A stretch of DNA of 64,000 nucleotides, taken from an uncultured Acidobacteriota bacterium (GTDB taxonomy: Bacteria; Acidobacteriota; Thermoanaerobaculia; Thermoanaerobaculales; Sulfomarinibacteraceae). The position numbers were made by a program, and so were the translations under genes. The notes beneath the pieces were generated by a model that made no database searches, was not told the origin of the DNA, and saw only the letters and a list, made by a program, of their open reading frames with translations. This document shows positions 38,583-48,200 of this stretch, piece by piece (the first letter of the stretch is position 1; each line of letters starts with the position of its first letter). The DNA lies in NCBI GenBank assembly GCA_963727925.1, contig CAVSIS010000051.1, positions 8,039-72,038 of the forward strand, given 5' to 3'.

Positions 38583-39795
38583 GAACCCAGTCGAGAGCCT
38601 CTCGGTTGCCGAGGCTCGTCGCCTCGCCCTGGTCCGGGCGGGGTTGCTGCGTCCCGAGCTGACCGGCCTGCCGCGGCGGGCGCCGACGGATGCGAGCCGG
38701 GCGCGGGCCGCGGCGCACGCCGTGATCCGACGTTTCGGCTACCTCCAGCTGGACACGGTTTCGGTCTGCGGCGCGCGCAGCCACACCCTGGTGCTGATGT
38801 CCCGGCTCGACGGGTTCGACCCTGGCCTGGGAGAGGGTCTGCTCGCGCCCGGTGAGCCGCTGTTCGAGTACTGGGGCCACGAGGCGAGCTGGATCCCGCT
38901 CGAGCTGTACCCGGTGTTCGAGTTCCGCCGCCGGGACTTTGCCGCCCACCCATGGTGGGGAAACCTGATCGGTGATGATCCGGGCCTCGCCCGACGGCTC
39001 GTGGATCGGATCGCCAAGGAGGGTCCGTTGCGTGCGACCGCTCTCGAGTCCAGCCCGGGCTCTGGCGGCGGCTGGTGGAACATCGGCAAAGTCAAGAAGA
39101 TGGCGAGCGCGCTGTGGAGCTCGGGCGAGCTCGCGGTGCGCGAGCGGGTCGGCTTCCAACGCACATGGGACCTGACCGAGCGGGTCATTCCGGAGCCACT
39201 CCGCAACGCGAAGGTCGACCCGGACGAGTCGCTCAGGGTGCTGCTGCTTCAGGCGCTCGCGGGACACGGGTGGGCGACTACCGGCACCCTCGCGGCGACT
39301 TGGCGCCTGCGGGGTCTGAGCGGTCAAGTGTCGACTGCCCTCGAAGAGCTGCGCAGCGCCGGGTCGCTATGTGAGTGCGGGGTACACGACTCCAACGGCC
39401 GGCGGGTCCGCGGGTGGGTGCGCCCCATCGACCTCGAGCTGACCGCCAGCCTGGCGCGCAGCCGCCTCCGACGGGACCGGGGCGTGCTGCTGTCGCCCTT
39501 CGACCCGGTCCTGTGGGATCGCGGACGGGTGCGTCTGCTGTTCGGCTTCGATCAGGTTCTGGAGATCTTCAAGCCGGCGCCGAAACGGATCTACGGCTAC
39601 TACTGCCTGCCGGTCCTCGCCGGCGACACCCTGGTCGCTCGGGTCGACTTGAGGGCGGACCGCAGGAAAGGCCGGCTCGAGATCCTCGCGAGCCACTCCG
39701 AGCCCGGTCGGCCGCAGGCCGAGGTTCGAGCAGCGACGAATGCAGCGCTACGCCGGCACGCAGGGGCGTTCGGCCTCGCATGTGCTCCCGTGTAA
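38575..39795 (+). CDS. Winged-helix DNA glycosylase, YcaQ/AlkZ family
   Basis: LSVAEARRLALVRAGL, RRFGYLQLDTVSV (Q-L-D, the YcaQ-type catalytic motif) and YYCLPVL. GTG 38575 overlaps the upstream gene by 8 nt. Confidence 0.8.
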   Translation: MAENPVESLSVAEARRLALVRAGLLRPELTGLPRRAPTDASRARAAAHAVIRRFGYLQLDTVSVCGARSHTLVLMSRLDGFDPGLGEGLLAPGEPLFEYWGHEASWIPLELYPVFEFRRRDFAAHPWWGNLIGDDPGLARRLVDRIAKEGPLRATALESSPGSGGGWWNIGKVKKMASALWSSGELAVRERVGFQRTWDLTERVIPEPLRNAKVDPDESLRVLLLQALAGHGWATTGTLAATWRLRGLSGQVSTALEELRSAGSLCECGVHDSNGRRVRGWVRPIDLELTASLARSRLRRDRGVLLSPFDPVLWDRGRVRLLFGFDQVLEIFKPAPKRIYGYYCLPVLAGDTLVARVDLRADRRKGRLEILASHSEPGRPQAEVRAATNAALRRHAGAFGLACAPV

Positions 39796-39848
39796 CGGGT
39801 GTAAAGAAGCGGACGGCCGTCATCGGCTCCGCTGGTACCATCGCATCG

Positions 39849-41585
39849 ATGCGGTCCGAGCTTCGCTTTGCGGTTGCGGTCGCGGTTCCCGCCGCGCTCC
39901 TCGTCGTGCTGGCGGTCCTCCAGTATCGCTGGATCGATGAGGTGAGCCGGGGGGAGAGAGACCGCGCCCGGATCCACCTGCACGAGGCCGCACGACGCTT
40001 CGGCGCCGATCTGGTGATGCGGTTCGGTGCGGTGCGCGAGGCCTTCCGTCTGCCGCCGGGAGGCTTGCCGGGCTCGGTCGAGGATCGGCTCGTGTCCCGG
40101 TGGCAGCAGTACGTCGAAAACGCGGGGGAGCCGGACCTGGTTCGTGACGTTGTCGTCGTGAGTGCTGCGGGCGAAGGTTCCAGAGAAGGGATCGTGCGGC
40201 TCGACCCAGAGCGCGGCGGGTTCGCTCCGGTGGCGCCGGATTCGGCGGACTTCGCGCTGTTCCGGGAGATCGCAGCGGGACCTCCGCTGCGCCTCGCGAA
40301 CAGCCTGGCGGTCCTGGTCCAGCCCGTCGGCGGTCGCACGATGCGAAACGTGGCCCCGGAGTCGGAGGTCGTCATTCGCCTCGATACCGGGGTCCTGTTC
40401 GACAGGATGCTGCCCGAGCTGGCGGAGCGTTGGTTTGGGGGGCCGGGAGGCCTCGACAGTGCCGTGGCATTGCTCGACATGGAACCGTCGCACCGTCGTG
40501 TCGTGTGGACGTCGGATTCCACGATCGACTGGTCCGGGCCGGTCGATCTCGAGGTGCCTGTCCTGATGCCCTCCTCACCGATGGGCCCACATGGACGCCG
40601 TCGGTCCCGAGGCGGGCCGCGAGCCGGTGGTGGGCAACCCTGGCGTGACGATCGACCTACGGGTGCGGGCAGCGACGAGGAGCTGGGCGGGGTCGGGACA
40701 GCTTGGGTCGTCGCCGTCGCACAGCGGGCTGGCTCCCTTGATGCGGCCGTGAACGCGGCCCGCACGCGCAACCTGGTCGTCGCGTCAGCGGTCCTGCTGC
40801 TGCTCGCGGGGAGCTTCGCCATGTCACTCGTAGCCACTCAGCGCGCCCGTCGAACCGCTCGGCAGCAGGTTGACTTCGTGGCCAGCGTGACCCATGAGCT
40901 GAAGACCCCGCTCGCGGCGATCCGGTCGGCCGGGGAGAACCTCGCTGACGGGATCGTGAGTGCGGACCCGAGCGTCCGGGAGTACGGAGCGCTGGTCGAC
41001 CGTGAGAGCCGCCGCCTCGACGAGATGGTGACCGAGCTGCTCGAGCTCGCCGGGCTGCAGACGGGTCGGCGGGAGCCCGAGCTGGCGCCGGTGGCGGTGG
41101 CAGGGGTCGTCGAGGGCGCTCTCGAGGACTGCCGTTGGACCCTTGACGAGTCCGGGGTCGAGGTCGAGGTCGACGTCAGCGGAAATCTGCCCTCGGTTCT
41201 CGGCGAGCGCATGTCGCTGCGGAGGGCGCTCCACAACCTGATCCGCAACGCGGCGATCTACGGCGCGAGCGGCGGCTGGGTCGGAGTGAGGGCGAGGGCC
41301 CAGTCCCGAACCGGCAAGGACGGCGTGGCGATCACGATCTCGGATCGTGGACCCGGGATCCCGCGCGCCGAGCAGTCGAGGGTGTTCGAGCCGTTCGTGA
41401 GGGGACGCGACGCGGGCGTCGTGCGGGCCTCGGGTAGCGGGCTCGGACTGGCCATCGTCCGGCACGTGGCGGAGCAGCACGCCGGCAGAGTCACGCTCGA
41501 CAGCGACGGCTCCGGGACTGCTGTCACGTTGTGGCTGCCGGCGGCTTCGTCGACCGCGCCCGCTGCAACCGGATCGGGGAGCTGA
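39849..41585 (+). CDS. Sensor histidine kinase (two TM segments, ~300-aa extracytoplasmic domain, HisKA plus HATPase)
   Basis: TM1 AVAVAVPAALLVVLAVL and TM2 LVVASAVLLLLAGSFAMSLV. H-box FVASVTHELKTPLAAI. N, G1 and G2 boxes (NLIRNAAIY, SDRGPGI, GSGLGLAIV). Confidence 0.85.
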   Translation: MRSELRFAVAVAVPAALLVVLAVLQYRWIDEVSRGERDRARIHLHEAARRFGADLVMRFGAVREAFRLPPGGLPGSVEDRLVSRWQQYVENAGEPDLVRDVVVVSAAGEGSREGIVRLDPERGGFAPVAPDSADFALFREIAAGPPLRLANSLAVLVQPVGGRTMRNVAPESEVVIRLDTGVLFDRMLPELAERWFGGPGGLDSAVALLDMEPSHRRVVWTSDSTIDWSGPVDLEVPVLMPSSPMGPHGRRRSRGGPRAGGGQPWRDDRPTGAGSDEELGGVGTAWVVAVAQRAGSLDAAVNAARTRNLVVASAVLLLLAGSFAMSLVATQRARRTARQQVDFVASVTHELKTPLAAIRSAGENLADGIVSADPSVREYGALVDRESRRLDEMVTELLELAGLQTGRREPELAPVAVAGVVEGALEDCRWTLDESGVEVEVDVSGNLPSVLGERMSLRRALHNLIRNAAIYGASGGWVGVRARAQSRTGKDGVAITISDRGPGIPRAEQSRVFEPFVRGRDAGVVRASGSGLGLAIVRHVAEQHAGRVTLDSDGSGTAVTLWLPAASSTAPAATGSGS

Positions 41586-42301
41586 TGACCGGCCGGGGTT
41601 CCCTTTCCGTGAGCTCGAAGCGACGCGTGCTACTGGTCGAGGACGAGCCGAGCCTGGTGCGAACCCTTCGCGATCGGCTGAACGCGGAGGGCTGGGACGT
41701 GGTCACCGCCGGGGAGGCCGAAACTGCGATTGCACGCGCGCTTCAGGACCCCTTCGACCTCGTTCTGCTGGACGTCATGCTGCCGGGGCGAGACGGTTTC
41801 GAGGTCTGCCGGGAGCTGCGCCAGAGGGGCCTCGGGGTGCCGATCCTGATGCTCACGGCGCGCAGCCAGGTGGTCGACAAGGTGGTCGGCCTGCGCCTCG
41901 GAGCCGACGACTACCTGACCAAGCCGTTCGACATGATGGAGCTGCTCGCGCGGATGGACGCCCTGTTGCGGCGATCCCGCGATCCGGTGTCGGGCTCCCC
42001 GGACACCGTTGCGATCGGTGAGGTACGGATCGACCTCAGGCGTTCGGTGGTGACCCGCGCCGGCGAGGATGTCCCGCTGTCGGCGCTCGAGTTCAAGCTG
42101 CTGCGATATCTCGTCGAGCATCCCGGGGAGGTTCTCTCCCGTGACCGGCTGCTGGACGAGGTGTGGGGCTACGACGCCACGCCCTCGACGCGGACGGTCG
42201 ACGTTCACGTTGCCGCCCTCCGCGCCAAGCTCGAGCGCAACCCTTCCCACCCGGAGCTGATCCTGACCGTGCACGGGCGCGGCTACCGCCTTGCGCGGTA
42301 G
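41585..42301 (+). CDS. OmpR/PhoB-family response regulator
   Basis: RVLLVEDEPSL...DLVLLDVMLPGRDG receiver domain, and a winged-helix C-terminus VRIDLRRSVV...LSALEFKLLRYL...TVHGRGYRL. The ATG overlaps the kinase stop (ATGA type). Confidence 0.9.
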   Translation: MTGRGSLSVSSKRRVLLVEDEPSLVRTLRDRLNAEGWDVVTAGEAETAIARALQDPFDLVLLDVMLPGRDGFEVCRELRQRGLGVPILMLTARSQVVDKVVGLRLGADDYLTKPFDMMELLARMDALLRRSRDPVSGSPDTVAIGEVRIDLRRSVVTRAGEDVPLSALEFKLLRYLVEHPGEVLSRDRLLDEVWGYDATPSTRTVDVHVAALRAKLERNPSHPELILTVHGRGYRLAR

Positions 42302-42351
42302 GAGTGTGTAGCCCATACCATGCACAGCGTCTTTCGGGCGGCGTGAAGCCC

Positions 42352-42368
42352 CATTCTTGTTGCATTCT
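42352..42368 (+). promoter_or_regulatory. Direct repeat CATTCT-N5-CATTCT (11-bp period); candidate response-regulator binding site
   Basis: The repeat is seen directly. It lies between the regulator gene and the Spy-like gene. The function is inferred only from the one-helical-turn spacing typical of OmpR-family sites. Confidence 0.25.
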
Positions 42369-42562
42369 CGGCCCGTACTCTCAAGTACTGCTCCTCGAAT
42401 GCGCCTCAACGGGCGCTTCACGGCGCTCCGAAATCCACCATCCATCCATCCATGATCCACACACTCCTCGCCTGCTTTACATTCATCACAGCTTCTTTGC
42501 GTTCGACCGACAGACTCCCGTGCTCTTGCGGAGTAGCTTGAGAAGCGAAAGGGGAACGAGAC

Positions 42563-43111
42563 ATGACTCGACACCTCACCTCGATGCTCGCAGCCGCCGT
42601 GCTGCTCGTCGCCACCGCCGGCTTCGCCCAGGGACCGGGGTTCGGTCCGGGACCAGGGATGGGCCGTGGCCCTGGAGATGGACCGATGGGTCCTGGTCGT
42701 TCCGGGATGGGCATGGGCCCCGGGAACGGGGAGTGCTTGACCAACTACCTCGGTCTGACCGACGAGCAGGTGACCGCGTGGCAGAGCCTGCGCGACCAGC
42801 TCCACACCACGCTCGAGCCGATCCACGCGCAGCGGAAGGCCCTGCACGACCAGATCCAGGCGGCGCTGACCGGCGGGGCCGCGGACCCCTGTGGGGTCGG
42901 GCAGCTGATGGTCCAGGCCCATGCGCTGGGCGACCAGGCGCGTGCTGCTCGCGATGCCAACCAGGCTGCGTTCATGGCCCTCCTGACCACCGAGCAGCAG
43001 GCCAAGTACCAGCACTTCCTCGATCTCGGCGGGGTGTGCAGGGGCCAGCGCGGTCCGCGTGGTGCGGGTATGCATCGCGGTCGCGCTCAGGGGCAGCCCT
43101 CCGGTACCTGA
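42563..43111 (+). CDS. Periplasmic Spy/CpxP-family (LTxxQ) protein
   Basis: Signal peptide MTRHLTSMLAAAVLLVATAGFAQ, a Gly/Pro-rich linker, and two LTxxQ motifs (LTDEQVTAWQ, LTTEQQAKYQ). Confidence 0.7.
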   Translation: MTRHLTSMLAAAVLLVATAGFAQGPGFGPGPGMGRGPGDGPMGPGRSGMGMGPGNGECLTNYLGLTDEQVTAWQSLRDQLHTTLEPIHAQRKALHDQIQAALTGGAADPCGVGQLMVQAHALGDQARAARDANQAAFMALLTTEQQAKYQHFLDLGGVCRGQRGPRGAGMHRGRAQGQPSGT

Positions 43112-43149
43112 TTCTTCACTGCACCTTCCACCGAAACCGTCACTACCAC

Positions 43150-43182
43150 GAGGCGCCCTCCGGCACTGCCGGAGGGCGCCTC
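43150..43182 (+). terminator. Strong hairpin downstream of the Spy-like gene
   Basis: Perfect 15-bp stem GAGGCGCCCTCCGGC/GCCGGAGGGCGCCTC with loop ACT. There is no clear U-tract, so intrinsic termination is uncertain. Confidence 0.5.
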
Positions 43183-43271
43183 TCGTGTGAGGCAGGATCC
43201 AGCTGGCGTTCGGAACGAATCCCGTTGATGGTACGATCATTTGGCGGGTGGAGGGAGCCCAGGAGGCGGAC

Positions 43272-44423
43272 ATGGCGACGCCCCAGGCGCGCAATCGAGT
43301 CACCCTCACCGACGAGCTCGCGAGGCTCCACTGCCGGCTCAGAGCCAGCTTCCCGCGTGTCGACAGAGCGGCGGTTGCGATGTACGACCGCCACAGTGAC
43401 CGCCTGAGTACCTTCGTCCACTCAACGGACGCCGCCAACCCGTTGGCGACCTACGAGGCACCCTGCGGCGACATGCCGTCCCTCATGGCCCTCGCCCAGA
43501 GGCGGGTCTCGCGGACCATCGACGACCTTGAGGGCCTCGGTCCTGTCGTCCGCGAGCACACCAAGAGGCTGGTCGATGCGGGCTTTCGATCGAGCTTCAC
43601 GGAACCACTGTTTGCAGGCGATGACCTGCTTGGATTCGTGTTCTTGGATTCCCGGGAGGTGGGCTACTTCGACGAGGAGTTGCGCGAGAGGCTCGGCCTC
43701 TTCACCGATGCCGTCGGGCTGCTCGTTCGGGCCTCGATGCTCCAGATCGAGCTCCTGCGGAGTGCCGTTCGGATGGCTGCTGACCTGAGCCGTGCCCGTG
43801 ACTGGGAGACCGGCGCACACCTCACGCGGATGTCCAGCTATGTCCGCCTGATCGGGCGGCGACTGGCGCCCGTGCTGGCCTTCGACGACGAGTTCCTCGA
43901 GTTTCTCTTCCTGTTCGCACCGCTTCACGACATCGGCAAGGTGGGCGTTCCCGATAGCGTGCTGCTCAAGCCGAGTGCGCTGACGGCACTCGAGACGATC
44001 GAGATGCGAGCCCACGTGATCACCGGCGCGCGAATCGTCGAGTCGCTGATGAAGGACCCCAGGCTCGCCGGCCTGCCCCACCTGGAGGTCCTGCGAGACG
44101 TCGTGAGGCACCATCACGAGGCCATCGATGGCAGCGGGTACCCGGACGGACTGGCGGGGGATCGACTCCCCTGGGCATCGCGCATCGTCAGCGTCGCCGA
44201 CGTCTTCGATGCGCTGACGACAGATCGTCCATACAGAGCGGCGTGGCCCGTCGACCGGGCGTTCGCGTTCCTGCGTGAACGTGCCGGGGCTGTTTTCGAC
44301 CGCCTCTGCGTCGATGCGCTGATCGACACCCGATTGGAGGTCGAGGACGTAATGTCGCGCTTCGCTGAGACGGGCCCAGTGGCACCGGCCCACGATCACG
44401 AGTGGGACCTTCCGCTCGAGTGA
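43272..44423 (+). CDS. GAF-like sensor plus HD-GYP domain protein (c-di-GMP phosphodiesterase family)
   Basis: APLHDIGKVGVP, HHHEAIDGSGYPDGL and ADVFDALTTDRPYR. AGGAGG RBS before ATG 43272. Confidence 0.85.
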   Translation: MATPQARNRVTLTDELARLHCRLRASFPRVDRAAVAMYDRHSDRLSTFVHSTDAANPLATYEAPCGDMPSLMALAQRRVSRTIDDLEGLGPVVREHTKRLVDAGFRSSFTEPLFAGDDLLGFVFLDSREVGYFDEELRERLGLFTDAVGLLVRASMLQIELLRSAVRMAADLSRARDWETGAHLTRMSSYVRLIGRRLAPVLAFDDEFLEFLFLFAPLHDIGKVGVPDSVLLKPSALTALETIEMRAHVITGARIVESLMKDPRLAGLPHLEVLRDVVRHHHEAIDGSGYPDGLAGDRLPWASRIVSVADVFDALTTDRPYRAAWPVDRAFAFLRERAGAVFDRLCVDALIDTRLEVEDVMSRFAETGPVAPAHDHEWDLPLE

Positions 44424-44536
44424 TCTGGAGCTCTCTCCCTCCGGTCGGATGACCGGCGCATCGTCGTTCGAGCGCGGGGCGTGTTAGATTTCGACCGTGC
44501 TCGACGGGAGATTCAACGTCGCGGAGGAACCAGAAC

Positions 44537-45271
44537 ATGACGCGTGCCGGTCTCATCGCCAGCCTGTCCGTGGCCGTTGCGCTTGCCGGCGCTTGCGGTC
44601 GTCAGACCCCAACCCAGAGACCCGCCACACCTTCGACGACTCCAGGTGTTGAAACCACTGTTGCGCCGGGCGCTGTGACGACTCCCGCCGACGCGCCAAC
44701 GCTTCCGCCGCGGCAGGTCGTGGCCTATGACTGCAACGATGGGAGCTTCCTGGTCAGCGAGGTCCTGCGCGACGGAAAGGACGTCCTCGTCTCGCTGCCC
44801 AAGCGTTCGATTCGCCTCGCCCGGGAAGAGTCCACACCGGGAGCCACGTACTCCAACCGTGGCGTGACCTTCTCGATGCAGGGGAGCGAGGCAACGCTAT
44901 GGATCGAAGGCCGGCGCGTCCAGTGCAACCAAAACCCGAAGCGGACCCGCCTCGAAGCGGCGAAGATCTCCGGGGCGGTTGCGCTCGCATCGGGTAACGA
45001 GCCGGGCTGGACACTCGAGGTCCACGCGGGAGAGCTGGTCTGGACCAGCGGCTCCCGCACGCGTCGCGTGAATCTCCCGGAGGGCACGCCCCGGACCGAC
45101 GCCGCATCCGGCGCCACGATCTACCGCGCGGAGCTCGATGGATCGCCGTTCGTGGCGACGTTGACGGACGGACCCTGCCGCGACACCGTGAGCGGCGAGT
45201 CGTTTCCTATCACGGTCGTCATCGAGCACGGCGGCAAGACCCTCCGCGGTTGCGGGACGCGCCTGAGATAA
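44537..45271 (+). CDS. Lipoprotein with an MliC-like (lysozyme-inhibitor fold) domain
   Basis: Lipobox LAGAC. YDCNDGSFLV...ATYSNRGVTFSMQGSEATLWIEGRRVQC resembles MliC. The C-terminal half is unassigned. GGAGGAA RBS. Confidence 0.6.
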   Translation: MTRAGLIASLSVAVALAGACGRQTPTQRPATPSTTPGVETTVAPGAVTTPADAPTLPPRQVVAYDCNDGSFLVSEVLRDGKDVLVSLPKRSIRLAREESTPGATYSNRGVTFSMQGSEATLWIEGRRVQCNQNPKRTRLEAAKISGAVALASGNEPGWTLEVHAGELVWTSGSRTRRVNLPEGTPRTDAASGATIYRAELDGSPFVATLTDGPCRDTVSGESFPITVVIEHGGKTLRGCGTRLR

Positions 45272-45296
45272 TCAGCCTGCAATTCTCGCCAGCTCC

Positions 45297-48200
45297 CTAC
45301 CGCGCGCCGTCGAGCTTCGCAAGCAGCACGCTGACCGCGGTTTCGAGCTCCTGGTCCTCGCCGTTCGACTCCAGGGCAGGGTCGTTGTCGATCTCGTGAT
45401 CCGGGTCGAGGTGCTTGTTCTCGAGGAAGTCGCCGGCGTTGTCGACCAGTCCGACCTCGGGGATCCCGAAGGTCAGCGTTCGATCCTGCTGACGCTCCCA
45501 CCACACCGAGGTGCAGGTCCCGGGGACCTGCATCCCGACCGTCTCGCCGATGCCGAGCTCGGTGTAGGCCGCGGGGAAGCAGTGGGCATCGGAGTAGTTG
45601 CCCTCGTTCATCACCACAATCGACGGTTTGGTCCAGCGCAGCGAAGGTTCGACCCCGATCTGACGCCCGCGGGGGACGTTTCTGGCGTACACCTTGCCGG
45701 TGAGGAACACCGTCAGGGCCTCGACCAGGTTGCCACCGTTGTTGAAACGGGTGTCGAGAACGATGCCCTCCTTGTCCACGGCCCGCCCGAAGACGTCCTC
45801 AAAGATCTCTCGGTAGGACCGATCGTTCATCGATCGGATGTGGGCGTAGCCGAGGCGACCGTTGGAGAGACGGTCGACCTCGGCACGGCGGGTCCGGACC
45901 CATCTCTGGTAGACGAGCTCGGCCTCCTCGTTCGGTGTGATCGGCTTGACCGTTTCGTGCCACCGCTGGTTGGTCCTCGGGTCGAGTAGTGAGAGGCGAA
46001 TGAGCTTGCCCGCCGCGTGGTTGAGCATCCGGTACCAGTTCTGGCCGGCCGCGATCGGCTCGCCTTCGATCGCCTCGATCACGACGCCAGGGGCGATCTT
46101 GCTCCCGGCCGTCGCGAGAGGACTGCCGTCGATGACCTCCGCGACCTTGACGCCCGCCCCGGCAAAGTCGAGGTCAGGAAAGAAGGCAAGTGCGGCGGTC
46201 TCATCGGCGCTCTCCGGCTTCGGCCGGTAGTAGCACCCGGTGTGCGACGCGTTGAGCTCGCCCTGCATCTCAGAGATCAGCTCGGCGAGGTCGAGGTTGT
46301 CCTCGATGTGGGGTAGAAACCGTGCATAGGCCCTTTTGTAGAGGTCCCAGTCGACGCCGTTCATGTTCTCGAACAGGAACTTCTCCTTGGTCTGCCGCCA
46401 GGCATGCTCAAAGATGTAAGTTTTTTCGGCGTCCCTGTCGAGCTCCATCTTGGCGTCGATCGAGACCGGTTTGACCTTGCCTGAGGAGATCTCCACGGTG
46501 GTGAGGCGACCGTCGGCGAGCAGGAACGCCTTCTTGCCCTCCGTGTCGATCGTGAACCCGTCGATCCGTTCTGCGTCGAGCTTGGCGAGGAGCTTGACCT
46601 CGTCCTTGCGGGGAGTGGAGCTCCACAGGTCGAAGCCCTTCTCGAAGCGCGCCACGTAGAGAAGGGTCTCGTCATCGGGGGTGATGCGGAAGTCGGCGAG
46701 ATTGGCCGAGGCACGGGTCAGTCGTGCAGTGCGATCCTCAAGGCCGTCGAGCACGATGTCGACCGGTTTGGCGAGCTTGGGAGCCTCTTTTGCGGCCTTC
46801 CCGTCGCTGTCCTTGTCATCCTTCTTTTCCGTCTTCTTGGTCTTGTCCTCGGTTTCCTTGCGCTGGGCCAGCTCGGCCTCCGTGAGCCGGAACCGGTCCC
46901 AGGCGTCGCGGGTGAAGAAGGCGGCATAGATGTCGTCCTCGGAACCCCAGCCGGACTGACGGCGCATCCCGTTGCGGTCGGTCGCCCAGTACATCATGGT
47001 CCCGTCCGCGTTCCAGCGGGGGACGCTGTCCTCGTATCCGCTCTTGGTGAGATTGGCGACCTCGCCCTCGCCCGAGGACGGTACCAGGCCCGCTTCGGAG
47101 GACCACCGCTGTGGGCTGAGGAACTGGACCAGGAACCAGCGGCCGTCCGGCGACCACTCGTACCACTGGTCGCCGTCCGAGTAGGAGTAATTGAGGTCGC
47201 CCGGGAGAACTGTGCGCGTCGCTCCTGTCGCGAGGTTGAGGACCTTCAAGGTGGTGCGGTCCTGAAGGTAGGCGATCTCCTTGCCGTCCGGGGAGTAATG
47301 GGGCTGGAAGGTCTCGGCTGGGGTCACGAGCACCGGCTTCTCCGCGATCGCAGTCGCGTTGAAGAACGCCGGTTCGGCGGGATCGGTCAGGTCACTCCGG
47401 TACAGGTTCCAGCTTCCGCCGCGCTCCGAGGCGTAGACCAGGCTCCGTCCGTCCGGGCTGAAGCTCACCGATCGTTCCTGCTCGGGGGTGTTGGTGATGC
47501 GGCGTGTGGTGCCGAAATCGGTCGCAGTCACGAAGACCTCTCCCCGCGCGATGAAGGCGATTTGGCTGCCGTCGGGCGAGATGCTGAACTCGCTGAGGTC
47601 GTGCCCGACGTCGGTCCACTCCAGGCCCGCGTGGCGGCGGTCGGTCGCAACCTCGACGGTGAGCCTGCGGCTGTCGTCGGAACCCGTGGGCCGCACCCAG
47701 ATCTCACCGTCCCAGGTGTAGCACAGGTCACCGCTCCGGGAGGCCGAAAGGAAACGCACCGGATGGGTTGTGTGGTGGGTGAGCTGGACCGGATGAGCTG
47801 GGTCGTCGAGCTCGAGGCGCCAAACGTTGAAGCTGCCGCTTCGCTCGGAGAGGTAGAACAGCGAGCGTTCGTCCGGGCTCCAGACCGGTTGGCGGTCGTC
47901 GGCTCCGGACTGTGTCAGTCGCGTGTGGCGGCCGGTCGTGGCGTCAAAGACCCATACGTCGCGGGCGAAGGAGGAGTTGTCGTGCTTTCGCCACTCCATC
48001 TCGAGGCCCTTGTTGTCAGAGTAGGCGAGGCGACTCCCGGCCCTGTTCCAGACCGCATACAGCGCGGGCGTCGTGAGTACCTGCGTCGGCATCCCGCCGG
48101 CGACCGCGACCCGGTAGAGCTCAGGCTGTGCGCGTCGGCTCGGGAACTGGACGTTGGTCACCGCGTCGAGCCGTCCCGAGCTAAACAGCACCGCCGTCCC

